Of a DNA stretch of 64,000 nt, positions 1 to 9,761 are shown one piece after another (position 1 is the stretch's first letter; each line of letters begins with the position of its first letter). The stretch comes from an uncultured Actinomycetes bacterium. GTDB lineage: Bacteria; Actinomycetota; UBA4738; HRBIN12. The stretch is from positions 28,915-92,914 of the forward strand of contig CAWHGC010000010.1 of NCBI GenBank assembly GCA_963828885.1, read 5' to 3'. The notes under the pieces were generated by a model. The model ran no database searches. It was not told the origin of the DNA and saw only the letters and a program-made list of their open reading frames with translations. The translations under genes were made by a program, and so were the position numbers.

Positions 1-289
1 GGGTCCCGTCGATCGGGTCGACGGCCACGTCGACGCCGGGCCCCTCGCCGGTGCCGACCTCCTCCCCGTTGAACAGCATGGGCGCCTCGTCCTTCTCGCC
101 CTCGCCGATCACGACGGTGCCGTTCATCGAGACGCTGTCGATCATGAGCCGCATCGCGTCGACGGCGGCCCCGTCGGCGGCCAGCTTGTCGCCGCGGCCG
201 ACCCAGCGGCCCGAGGCCAGCGCGGCGGCCTCCGTCACGCGGACCAGCTCCATCGCGAGGTTGCGGTCGGGGCGCTCCTGGGTGCTCAC
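1..289 (-). CDS. glpX: Class II fructose-1,6-bisphosphatase GlpX, N-terminal ~96 codons (3' end beyond window edge)
   Basis: Own translation from GTG 289..287 (GGAGGA upstream): [95 protein letters not shown], a typical GlpX N-terminus. Not in ORF track because no stop lies in the window. Confidence 0.85.
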   Translation of the reverse strand, partial: MSTQERPDRNLAMELVRVTEAAALASGRWVGRGDKLAADGAAVDAMRLMIDSVSMNGTVVIGEGEKDEAPMLFNGEEVGTGEGPGVDVAVDPIDGT

Positions 290-314
290 GCGGGTTCCTC
301 CTGGGTCGGTGGGG

Positions 315-1331
315 TCATCCTAGCCGGGCGGCGTCGCATGCGCCCTCGCCGCGTTCGAGCAGCCCCTGCGCCTCGTACCACGCGACGGTGCGCGCGATCG
401 TGTCGCGGATCGGCGTGTACGCGAGGCCGAGCTCGCGCACCGCGCGCGAGCCGTCGTACCGATGGCCGTGCAGGAGGGTGCGCACGAGCTCGCGGCAGAT
501 CGGCGGGTCGCGCCGCGCGACGGCGCCGCCGGCCCCGCCGAGGACGCCGGCGACCGTGGCGGCCGCGCGGGGGACGCGCCGCACCCGGTGGGGCCGGCCC
601 GTCTCCGCGCGCAGGAGCCCGACCGCGTGCCGCGTGTGCAGGCTGACGCCGCTCAGCAGGTAGCGCTCGCCGGCGCGCCCGCGCTCGGCCGCCAGCAGGT
701 GCCCCCGGGTGCAGTCGTCGACGTCGACGATCGACAGGAACGTGTCGACGATCGGCAGCCGCCCGTTCATCAGGTCCAGCAGCAGGCGCGCCGAGCCGCC
801 GGTCCGCCCGGGCCCCTGCACGGAGGACGGGTTCACGCTCACGACCTCGACGCCGAGCTCGCGGCCGAGGGCGAGGACCTCGCGCTCGGCCAGGTACTTC
901 GACTCCTCGTAGTTCGACAGGAACTAGCCCCGGTGCGGGGAGTCCTCGCGGCCGACCGTGCCGGCGGCCTCGCCGATCGCGGCCGCCGACGAGGTGTGCA
1001 CGACGCGGGCGACGCCGGCCTCGGCGGCGGCCCGGACGACGTTCGCCGAGCCCTCCACGTTCGTGCGCATCATCGGTCCGGGGTCGCGCAGGCACATCGC
1101 GTTGACGCCGCCGGCGTGGAAGACGAGGTCGCAGCCGCGCATCGCGTCGGCGAGCGACGCGGCGTCGTCGAGGTCGCCGCGCACCGTGTCGGCGCCGGCG
1201 GCCTCCAGGGCGGACGCGGCCCGGTCGCTGCGCGCGAGCGCCCGCACCTCGCGGCCCTCGGCGAGCAGCCGCGCGACGATCGCGCCGCCCACGAACCCCG
1301 ACCCGCCGGTGACGAGGACCGGCGACGTCAC
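315..1331 (-). pseudogene. NAD-dependent epimerase/dehydratase (SDR family), one frame break near 900-925
   Basis: Rossmann N-terminus VTSPVLVTGGSGFVGGAIVARLLAEGREVRAL in frame of ORF 924..1553. C-terminal half lies in ORF 315..842 (FLSNYEESKYLAEREVL... upstream of its Met, ...YTPIRDTIARTVAWYEAQGLL). The two parts join only with a 1-nt shift. GTG 1331 sits in a GTGA overlap. Confidence 0.8.
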
Positions 1332-1926
1332 GGCAGGCGGCGTTCGCGCCGGTGCCGAGGACGTGGAAGAGAACACGCCGGCGAACCGGGCGAGGTAGTC
1401 GACGGCGGAGCCGATCGTGAACGCGGCGGCCACCAGCATCGCCCACTGGTCGGGGTACAGCGGTCCCAGCTTGCTGGAGGTCCGCACGATCGCGAGCGTG
1501 ATGGCGACGAACTGCACGGCCGCCTTCAGCTTGCCCCAGATCGAGGGCCGCATGACGGTGCCGTCGGCGGCGATCGCGCCGCGCAGACCCAGGATGAGGA
1601 TCTCGCGGCCGATGATGAGGAACGCGATCCACGGCGACGCGCGGCCGACCGAGACCAGGGCGACCAGCGCGCCGGCGACGAGGAGCTTGTCGGCCGTCGT
1701 GTCGAGGAACGAGCCCGAGGTCGGTCGTCTGCTGCCACCGCCGCGCCAGCAGACCGTCGAAGAAGTCGGTGGCGGCGGCGAGCGCGAACAGCACGGCGCC
1801 GATCACGTAGGCGTACTGCACCCGGTCGCCGGCCAGCACCAGCGCCATCACGACGGGCACCAGCGCGATGCGCAGGTACGTGATGCCCTGCAGGAAGGCG
1901 TTGGCTCGTCGGTCCGGCGTGCTCAT
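1328..1926 (-). pseudogene. pgsA: CDP-diacylglycerol--glycerol-3-phosphate 3-phosphatidyltransferase (CDP-alcohol phosphatidyltransferase), frame break near 1728 and probably one in the 3' tail
   Basis: MSTPDRRANAFLQGITYLRIALVPVVMALV...ATDFFDGLLARRWQQTTDLG (frame of ORF 286..1926). It continues in another frame as SFLDTTADKLLVAGALVAL...GREILILGLR...MRPSIWGKLKAAVQFVAITLAI (ORF 924..1553). 3' end is uncertain. Confidence 0.8.
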
Positions 1927-1963
1927 CGAGGTCGAGCGTAACAGCGGGCCCGCGGCGCCCGGG

Positions 1964-4556
1964 TCAGGCCTCGCCGGCGAGCAGCGAGCGCACGGCGGCC
2001 GCGTCGGGCAGACCGAGCGCGGCCGACGCGAGCGCGCGGGCCTCGACGGCGCTCGTCGAGCGCACGGCGCGCTTCACGAGGGCGATCGCCGGCGCCGACA
2101 TCGAGAGCTCGCGCACGCCGAGGCCGAGCAGCAGCGGCGTGGCGGCCGGATCGCCCGCCATCTCGCCGCACACGCCCACCCACCGCCCTGCGGCGCCGGC
2201 GGCCTCGCACGTGGCGGCGATCAACCGGAGCACGGCCGGGTGCATCGCGTCGGCGAGGTCGGCGACACGCGCGTTGCCGCGGTCGGCGGCGAGGGTGTAC
2301 TGCGTGAGGTCGTTCGTGCCGATCGAGAAGAAGTCGGCGAGGGGCGCGAGCGCGCCGGCGATCAGGGCCGCGGCCGGCACCTCGATCATGACGCCGACCT
2401 CGAGGTCCTCGCGCGGCGGCGGGTGACCGGCCGCCTCGAGGTCCGCCCGCGCCCGGTCCAGGGCCTCCCGCGCCTCGCGCAGCTCGTCGCACCGACGCGA
2501 CCATGGGGAACATCAGGCGGATCGGATGGTGCGCGGCCGCGCGCAGGATCGCGCGCAGCTGGGTGCCGAGGACCTCCGGCATCGCGAGACCCAGGCGGAT
2601 GCCGCGCACGCCGAGGAACGGGTTGTCCTCGCGGGGCTGCGCGAGGTACGGCACCGGCTTGTCGGCGCCGACGTCGAGCGTGCGCAGCAGCAGCGGTCGG
2701 CCGCCCAGGGCCTCGCCGGCCGCCTCGTAGGCGGCGGTCTGCTCGTCCTCGTCGGGCATCCGGTCGCGGCCCATGAACAGGAACTCGGTGCGGAACAGGC
2801 CGACGCCGTCGGCGCCGTTCTCGAGCGCCGCCGCGATCTCGACCGGCAGGCCGATGTTGGCGGCGACCTCCACGGCACGCCGTCGAGGGTGACGGCCGGG
2901 CCGGCCGCCTCCCGCCGCGCGGCCTCGAGGTCCTCCCGCCGCCGCCGCTCGCGTGCCGCGCAGCGCCGACAACAGCTCCGGCCCGGGATCCACGACGACG
3001 TCGCCGGTGCCGCCGTCGACGGCGATCGGCGTGCCCTCGGCGACGTCGAGCAGACGCGGGACCGGCGCCGACGACGGCCGGGATGCCGAGCGACCGCGCG
3101 AGGACGGCGGTGTGCGAGGTCGGGCCGCCGGCGGCCGTCGCGATGCCCGTGACGATCTCGGGGTCGAGGCCGGCGGTCTCGGCGGGGGAGAGATCGGCGG
3201 CGACGAGCACACCGGGCCCCTCCGTTCGCGGTGGTCCGAGCGGCGCGCCGACGAGGTGCGCGAGCACCTGGTCGCCGACGCTGCGCAGATCGGCGGCCCT
3301 CGCGCGCAGGTAGTCGTCGTCGAGGTCGTCCCACGTGCGCGCGAGCCGCTCGATCGTGCCGGCCCACGCGCCCTCGGCCGTGCCGCCCCCGTGCACGGCC
3401 GCACGGGCCGGCTCCAGGATGTCGGCGTCCTGCAGGAAGAGCAGGTGCGCGTCGAAGATGGCGGCCTCGTCCTCGCCGGCGCGGGCGGCGACGGTCGTCC
3501 GCTGCGCGGCGATGTCGGCGCGCGCGGCCTCGACGGCACGCTCCAGGGCGGCGAGCTCGCCGGCGACGGGGCCGGCCTCGCGGTCGGGCACGGTCACCGT
3601 CGCCGGGTGCAGCCGACGCGCCGGTCCGACGGCGACGCCCGGCGAGACCGCGAAGCCGCGCAGCCGGCCGTTGGCGGAGCCCGGCGCCGGCTCGGGCACC
3701 GTCGCCGCCGGTGCGCCCGGCGCCTCGTCGAAGTTGCGGGCGGCGAGCGCCGCGACCGCGTCCAGCGCCGCGCGGGCCTGGGGCCCCGAGGCCGACACCT
3801 CGATCTCGTGGCCCGTGCGCACGCCGAGCGTGGCGACCGCATTCAGGCTGTGCGCGTCGGCGGGCCCGCGCGAGGCCGTCAGGTTGCGGACCTCGACGTG
3901 CGCGTCGAACGACGAGGCCACCTGCACCAGCCGCGCCGCCGGTCGCGCGTGCAGGCCGTGCTCGTTGCGGACCGTGATGCGGATCGCATCGGCCGGCTCC
4001 GCCGAACGGCCCGCCGCAGGCTCGGCCGCCGAGGCCTCCTCCACCCCGAGGTGCGCGAGCTTGCCGGCGAGGCCGCCGCGTGCCTCCCGCGCGACGGCCT
4101 CGAGCGGGGAGCCGAGCTTCGCCGTCACGGCGGCGGCGACGGCGCCCTCCACGAGCGGCGCCTCGCAGAGCATGACGCCGGCGCGGCGCTCCTCGGGCAG
4201 CAGCTCCAGCGCCATCTCCGCAGACAGCACGGCGCTGCCGAGGTCCATCAGCACCAGCACGCCCTCGGGCGACCACGCCCGCTCGACGGCCCCCGCTCCT
4301 CGGGCAGCAGCTCCAGCGCCATCTCGGCCGACAGCACGGCGCTGCCGAGGTCCATCAGCACCAGCACGCCGTCGGGCGACCAGGCGCGCTCGACGGCCGA
4401 CATCACCATGACGGCGTCGGTGCCGATCGGGTGGTCGGGCAGGTCGAGGCCGCCGGCGGTCTCGATGCGCACGTCCGGCCCGCCCATCTGCCGCGCGAGC
4501 TCGGCGACGCCCTCGGCGAGCGCGTAGCTGTGCGAGACGATCACGATGCCGACCAT
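1964..4556 (-). pseudogene. dhaM: Multidomain PTS phosphotransfer protein: DhaM-type EIIA(Man)-like + HPr + full-length Enzyme I. Disrupted by a 107-bp tandem duplication and at least 4 further frame breaks
   Basis: MVGIVIVSHSYALAEGVAELARQMGG...LVLMDLGSAVLSAEMALELL (DhaM N-domain). IRITVRNEHGLHARPAARLVQVASSF (HPr). GGPTSHTAVLARSLGIPAVVG (EI His domain). GLFRTEFLFMGR and SIGTNDLTQYTLAADRGN (EI PEP-utilising barrel, ORF 1964..2389). The pieces lie in three frames. Confidence 0.85.
4187..4398. repeat. Tandem direct duplication, two 105-bp copies (4187..4291 and 4294..4398), period 107 bp, 5 mismatches
   Basis: Read directly: cgctcctcgggcagcagctccagcgccatctc[c/g]gc[a/c]gacagcacggcgctgccgaggtccatcagcaccagcacgcc[c/g]tcgggcgacca[c/g]gc[c/g]cgctcgacggcc. 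Both copies encode ERAWSP(E/D)GVLVLMDLGSAVLSAEMALELLPEE. Confidence 0.95.
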
Positions 4557-4930
4557 CACGCCCGCCCCGCCAGCACGCCGATCAGCACCAGCCCGTAGAC
4601 GACCGTGACGACGCCGAGCACGACCACGCCCGGCCGCACGAGGCGCGCGAGCCGCGGCGGCAGGTCGAGGTCGAGCGCCACCGCGCGCAGGCCGAGCATC
4701 GCGTGCCACGTCACGACGACGAGGAACACGGCCTCGATCACGAAGATGACGGGGTTCCCGATGTACTCGAGGACCTGCTCGTACGTGCGAAGACCACCGA
4801 TCTCCTGCACGACGAAGTGGTGCGCGACCATGTGCACGGTCACGAGCACCAGCAGCGCCATGCCGGTGAACGCGGTCGACAGCCACGAACGCGGCCGCCC
4901 GCCCGAGGTCGCGCCCGGCCCGGCCGCCAT
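4556..4930 (-). CDS. Small hydrophobic membrane-anchor subunit, succinate dehydrogenase/fumarate reductase SdhD-like
   Basis: 124 aa, MAAGPGATSGGRPRSWLSTAFTGMALLVLVTVHMVAHHFVV...VTWHAMLGLRAV, three predicted TM helices with His residues. ATGA overlaps on both sides (4928-4932, 4554-4558). Confidence 0.6.
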   Translation of the reverse strand: MAAGPGATSGGRPRSWLSTAFTGMALLVLVTVHMVAHHFVVQEIGGLRTYEQVLEYIGNPVIFVIEAVFLVVVTWHAMLGLRAVALDLDLPPRLARLVRPGVVVLGVVTVVYGLVLIGVLAGRA

Positions 4931-5361
4931 CACTCGGTCCCCAGCAGGTGCAGGGCGGCGCCGATCAGCAGGATGGCGCCGAACGTCATGAGCGACCAGA
5001 AGAGCGCGCGCTGCCGGTCGGCGGCGAGGCCGGACCCCACGAGCGCCACGCGCAGGCCGTTCAGCCCGTGGAACAGCAGCCCGAAGATCAGCAGCACGTC
5101 GAGGCCGAGGAAGGCCGGCGTGGTCGCGAGGCGCAGGAAGCCGTGCCAGGCGGACTGCCCGCGCAGCAGCATCGACAGGACGGCCAGGTGCAGGTACAGG
5201 TAGAAGACCAGGCCGAGGCCGGTCACGCGGTTCAGCGAGAACGCCCAGTGACCGACGGCGCCGCGGCGCACGTCCAGCCACGCGGTGGGCCCGGGCGCCT
5301 TGCGCAGCACCGGCCCGCGAGCGCGGCGGACCTCGCCGGGATCCAGTGGCTCGGAGCTCAC
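4930..5361 (-). CDS. Cytochrome-b-type membrane subunit, SdhC-like
   Basis: 143 aa from GTG 5361 (GTGA overlap with upstream stop): ...GHWAFSLNRVTGLGLVFYLYLHLAVL...LLIFGLLFHGLNGLRVAL..., polytopic. C-terminal part of composite ORF 4930..7032. Confidence 0.6.
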   Translation of the reverse strand: MSSEPLDPGEVRRARGPVLRKAPGPTAWLDVRRGAVGHWAFSLNRVTGLGLVFYLYLHLAVLSMLLRGQSAWHGFLRLATTPAFLGLDVLLIFGLLFHGLNGLRVALVGSGLAADRQRALFWSLMTFGAILLIGAALHLLGTE

Positions 5362-6063
5362 GACGACGCCCCCAGCCGGCGGCGCGTGAGCTCGCGCCGC
5401 AGCTTCATGATGCGCTGCGCCGGGAAGACCTCGGACGGACAGGCCTCCGTGCACTCGAACGCGGCGTGGCACTGCCAGGCGCCGTGTTCGTCGTCGGCCC
5501 ACTCGAGCACCGCGTCCACGTCCTCGCCGCGCGGCTCCTCGAGCACGCGCTGCGCCCACGCGAGCGCGGCCGGCCCGACGTAGCGGTCGTCGGTGGCGGC
5601 GATCGGACACGCCGACAGGCACAGGCCGCACTCGATGCAGTCCTCGAACCGCTCGGGGTCCTCCATCGGTGACCATCGCTTCCCCGCCCACCCGCTCGCT
5701 CAGCCGCAGCAGCGGGTGCTGCGGCGGGAAGCGCTCGACGAAGGGTCGCATGTCGACGACGACGTCGGCGAGCACCGGGATGTTGGCGAGCGGCTCGACC
5801 GTCACGGTGTCGGTCGTCACCGGCGTCACGCACGCGAGACCCTCGCGCCCGTTCACGCGCACGCCGCACGTGCCGCACGAGGCGTGGAAGCAGCTGTGGC
5901 GGATCACGAGCGAGCGGTCCGCGTGCACCTCGATCCAGCGAAGGCCCTCCAGCACCGTCGAGGCCTCCCCGGCCGGGACGTCGAACTCGTCGACGTGGCT
6001 CGGGCCGTCCTCGCGCCGGAAGCGATGCACCCGGAATCGGCGGGTGACGGCGTCGGCGCTCAT
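5358..6063 (-). pseudogene. Succinate dehydrogenase/fumarate reductase-type iron-sulfur subunit (SdhB/FrdB-like), one frame break near 5668
   Basis: N-half MSADAVTRRFRVHRFRREDG...RHSCFHASCGTCGVRVNGREGLAC (2Fe-2S motif). C-half ORF 5358..5666 has FEDCIECGLCLSACP and CHAAFECTEACP cluster motifs. ATGA overlap with glpA stop at 6060-6063. Confidence 0.8.
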
Positions 6064-7238
6064 GCGGCGTACAGCGCCGTGTGGGGGAGCAGCACCGTCT
6101 CTCGCGTCCGGCACGGCTCGTCGACGCCGAGCTTGCGGCAGACGACGTTCGCGCAGTGCTCGGCCATGCCGCGCAGCGTCGTCGCCTTGCCGCCGGTGAT
6201 CGTGACGAAGCCCTCCACGCCCTCGGCGGCGTGGTCGATCGTCTCGAAGGTGCGCGAGAGCTCGCGGCCGGAGTCCGCGTCGTCGCGCGAGCCGATGAGC
6301 GGGCGCGCGGCCGACCACGCGGCGCGGAACGGCGCGTCGCGCACGGCCGGGATCAGGTGCGCGCCCTCCTCGCGCATCCGGCGGACGTGATCCTCGGGCA
6401 CGCCGAGGTCGTCGGGGTCGGTGACCGACCACGAGCTGGTGCCGACGACGCTGAGGGCGCGCTGCGGCACCACGATGTCGCCGTCGCCGGAGCGGTGCAG
6501 CCGGTTCACGACCATCGTGCACAGGCGCCCGCGCAGGGCCACCATCACGCCCGGCGACGGGCGGATCGGCACGTCGACGCCGGCCATCGTCGCGATCTGC
6601 TCCGACCACGGACCGGTCGCGTTCACGACGAGGTCCGCCCGGATCTCGCCGTCGCGGCCGCTCACGCGGTCGTGGTAGGCGATCCCCTGCACCGCGCCGC
6701 CGCCGGTCAGCAGGCCCGTGACCTCGAGGTGGTTGAGCAGTTCGGCGCCGCCGGCGCGCGCCGTCGCGAAGAAGCGGAGCGGCATGCGCATCGCGTCCAT
6801 CGTGGCGTCGGGCACGCGCACGGCCGCCCGCAGGTCCGGGTTCAGCAGGGGCTCCAGGCGCAGGGCCTCGTCGGGCGTCAGCTGCTGCGCGGGGATGTGG
6901 CTGGCCGCACAGCCCTCGAGGAACGCCGGCAGGTAGTCCATGTCCTCGTCGGTGACGGCGACGAACAGCCCGTCGTTCTCCTCGAACGACCCCGGCGCGA
7001 TGCGGCGCAGGATCGTGTTCTCCTCGATGCACTCGACGGCCGACTCGTGGTCGTTGACGGCGTAGCGCGCACCGCTGTGCAGCAGCCCGTGGTGACGGCC
7101 GGTCGTGCCGGACGTGAACTCGCCGCGCTCGACGAGGGTGACCGCGAGGCCGCGCAGCACGAGGTCGTGCGCGAGCGCCCCGCCCGTGCCGCCGCCGCCC
7201 ACGATGAGGACGTGGGCCGGTGCCGAAGAGCTGGACAT
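6060..7238 (-). CDS. glpA: FAD-dependent glycerol-3-phosphate dehydrogenase, GlpA-type catalytic core (392 aa, no C-terminal BFD-like domain)
   Basis: MSSSSAPAHVLIVGGGGTGGALAHDLVLRGLAVTLVERGEFTSGTTGRHHGLLHSGARYAV...ITGGKATTLRGMAEHCANVVCRKLG is collinear with E. coli GlpA as I recall it. Ends soon after the CRKLG...C region. Confidence 0.85.
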   Translation of the reverse strand: MSSSSAPAHVLIVGGGGTGGALAHDLVLRGLAVTLVERGEFTSGTTGRHHGLLHSGARYAVNDHESAVECIEENTILRRIAPGSFEENDGLFVAVTDEDMDYLPAFLEGCAASHIPAQQLTPDEALRLEPLLNPDLRAAVRVPDATMDAMRMPLRFFATARAGGAELLNHLEVTGLLTGGGAVQGIAYHDRVSGRDGEIRADLVVNATGPWSEQIATMAGVDVPIRPSPGVMVALRGRLCTMVVNRLHRSGDGDIVVPQRALSVVGTSSWSVTDPDDLGVPEDHVRRMREEGAHLIPAVRDAPFRAAWSAARPLIGSRDDADSGRELSRTFETIDHAAEGVEGFVTITGGKATTLRGMAEHCANVVCRKLGVDEPCRTRETVLLPHTALYAA

Positions 7239-7281
7239 CGCGCGGAGTATCGCACGGGGCTCCGAGCCGCTCACCGGGGCC

Positions 7282-7533
7282 TCAGTGCTCGTGGTGCTCC
7301 CGCTCCTGGCCCTCGGCGTAGTCGCCGGCCGGCCTCTCGTGGTGTTCCTCGTCGGCCTCGCCCTCGGCGAAGGTGCCCGTGTGCTCGGCACCCCCGGAGG
7401 GATGATCCTCGGCCTCCTGGCCCTCGGCGAAGTCCCCGCGGTGCTCGCGCTCGGGGTGGTGCTCCTCGTCCTCCTGTCCCTCGGCGAAGGTGCCCTTGTG
7501 CTCGTGCTCCTCGTCCGGTGTCCGCTCGGTCAT
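7282..7533 (-). CDS. 83-aa His/Glu-rich repeat miniprotein (four G-[TD]-[FY]-A-E-G-[QE] repeats), unknown function
   Basis: ATG 7533 preceded by GGAGG: [83 protein letters not shown]. It is the tail of composite ORF 7282..9141, between glpK and glpA. Confidence 0.65.
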   Translation of the reverse strand: MTERTPDEEHEHKGTFAEGQEDEEHHPEREHRGDFAEGQEAEDHPSGGAEHTGTFAEGEADEEHHERPAGDYAEGQEREHHEH

Positions 7534-7604
7534 GTCGCCTCCGCTCGTGTGTGGGTGGCCGGGCCGGCGGCGGGCGGGCCCCCACCACCGGCCCGAACCT
7601 CTCG

Positions 7605-9102
7605 TCAGTCGACCCAGTCGAAGGTGCGGGTGACGGCCCTCTTCCACATCGCGTACTGGGCGTCGCGGGTGGCCGCGTCCATCGACGGCGTCCACTCCTT
7701 GTCCTTGCCCCAGTTCGCGCGCAGGTCCTCGACCTCGGCCCAGTACTTCACGGCGAGGCCGGCCGCGTACGCCGCGCCGAGCGCCGTCGTCTCTGCCACC
7801 TTGGGCCGGATCACCGGCACGCCGAGGACGTCGGCCTGGAACTGCATCAGCAGCTCGTCGAAGACCATGCCGCCGTCGACCTTCAGCGCCGTGAGCTCGA
7901 CGCCGGAGTCGGCGTCCATGGCGTCGACGACCTCCTTCGTCTGCCAGGCCGTCGCCTCGAGCACCGCGCGCGCGATATGGCCGGCGTTCACGAACCGGGT
8001 CAGGCCGGCGATCACGCCTCGGGCGTCGCTGCGCCAGTACGGCGCGAACAGCCCGGAGAAGGCCGGCACGAAGTAGACACCGCCGTTGTCGTCGACCGTC
8101 TTCGCCAGCGCCTCGACCTCCTCGGAGGACCCGATCATCTTCAGGTTGTCGCGCAGCCACTGCACGAGCGCGCCGGTGATGGCGATCGAGCCCTCCAGCA
8201 TGTACGCGGCGTCCTGGTCGCCGATCTTGTAGCCGACGCCGGTGATGAGGCCGCTCTTCGACGGGACCGGCGAGGTTCCGGTGTTCAGCACCAGGAAGTT
8301 GCCGGTGCCGTACGTGTTCTTGGCCTCGCCGGCCGAGAAGCAGGTCTGGCCGAACAGCGCCGCCTGCTGGTCCCCGAGGTCGCCCGCGACCGGCACGCCG
8401 GCCGAGCTCGCCCGTCGCCTCGCCGTACACCTCGCTCGAGGACCGGATCTCCGGCAGCACGGCGCGCGGGACGCCGATCGCGTCGAGGTTCGCCTGGCTC
8501 CACTCGAGCGTCTTCAGGTCCATCAGCATCGTGCGGCTGGCGTTCGTGACGTCGGTGACGTGCACGCCGCCGTTGGGGCCGCCCGTGAGGTTCCAGATCA
8601 CCCATGTGTCGATGTTGCCGAACAGCAGCTCGCCGGCCTCGGCGCGCGCCCGCGCGCCGTCCACGTTGTCGAGGAGCCACCGGATCTTCGGTCCCGAGAA
8701 GTACGTGGCGATCGGCAGGCCGGTGCTGGGCCGGAACCGGTCCTGGCCGCCGTCGGCCATGAGCTCGTCGCAGATCTTGTCGGTGCGCGTGTCCTGCCAG
8801 ACGAGCGCGTTGTGGATCGGGACGCCCGTCGCCTTGTCCCACACCACCGTCGTCTCGCGCTGGTTCGTGATGCCGACGGCCGCGAGGTCGCTCGCCTGCA
8901 GCTTCGCCTTCTGGAGGGCGCCCTTCACCACCTCCTGCGTGCGCGTCCAGATCTCGTTCGCGTCGTGCTCGACCCACCCGGCCTTCGGGAAGATCTGCTC
9001 GTGCTCCTTCTGGTCCACGCCGATCACCGTGCCGCCGTGATCGAAGATCATGAACCGCGTGCTCGTGGTGCCCTGGTCGATCGCACCGACGTAGTCAGCC
9101 AT
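7605..9102 (-). pseudogene. glpK: Glycerol kinase, one frame break near 8398-8403
   Basis: [24 protein letters not shown]...[11 protein letters not shown] (frame of ORF 7282..9141), then [18 protein letters not shown]...TRTFDWVD (ORF 7605..8396). An extra C in CTCGGCCGGCGTG explains the shift. Confidence 0.92.
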
Positions 9103-9119
9103 TGCCGGGCCTCCCTCGT

Positions 9120-9761
9120 TCAGTTGTCGGCGTCGCCCCACGTCCGGGCGGCGGTGTCGAGTAGCAGTGTGGAGGAGGTGGCGCCGGGATCCTGGTGCCC
9201 GGCGCTGCGTTCCCCCAGGTAGCTCGCGCGTCCCTTGCGGGCGACGAGCGGGATCGTGGCGAGCATGCCCTCGCGGGCGGCGTCGGCCGAGCGCCGCAGG
9301 CCGTCGGCGAACGACGCGCCGTCGGCGACGGCCTTGTCGAGGGCCTCGACGGCCGGCAGCAGCGCGTCGACCATCGTCTTGTCCTGCGGCTCCGCCTTGC
9401 CACGAGCCTGCACGCCCTGGACCGCCGCGCGCAGCGCGGCGGTCCAGTCCTCGAGCGTGATCTGCGTCTTGCCGGCCGTCGCCGCGCCGAGCTGGAGGAA
9501 CAGCGTCCCGTACAGCGGGCCGCCGGCGCCGCCGACCGTCGACACGAGCGTCATGCCGACGGTCTTCAGCAGCGACCCGATGTCCTCGGGCGCCGTACCG
9601 TCCAGCTTGGCCAGCACCGCCTGCATGCCACGGTCCATGTTGATGCCGTGGTCGGCGTCGCCGATCGCGGAGTCCAGGGCGGTCAGCTCCTCCTTGCGCG
9701 CCGAGATCTCCCCGGCGACCGCCCGGATCCAGGCGACGACGTCGTCGGTGTCGACCGTCAC
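9120..9761 (-). CDS. dhaL: Dihydroxyacetone kinase ADP-binding subunit DhaL
   Basis: GTG 9761 (GTGA overlap with dhaK stop): [45 protein letters not shown]...[21 protein letters not shown]. Confidence 0.9.
   Translation of the reverse strand: MTVDTDDVVAWIRAVAGEISARKEELTALDSAIGDADHGINMDRGMQAVLAKLDGTAPEDIGSLLKTVGMTLVSTVGGAGGPLYGTLFLQLGAATAGKTQITLEDWTAALRAAVQGVQARGKAEPQDKTMVDALLPAVEALDKAVADGASFADGLRRSADAAREGMLATIPLVARKGRASYLGERSAGHQDPGATSSTLLLDTAARTWGDADN

Noticed and set aside
1328-1400. Apparent in-frame fusion of the PgsA C-terminus to the epimerase (no stop in ORF 924..1553).
   Set aside because: A GTGA start/stop overlap exists at 1328-1331 in the adjacent frame. A single indel in the pgsA tail would explain the read-through, so a true fusion is unlikely given the error pattern.
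4930-7032. 700-aa single ORF.
   Set aside because: It is a composite of out-of-frame glpA, the SdhB-like N-half and the SdhC-like subunit. Internal starts with 4-nt overlaps define separate genes.
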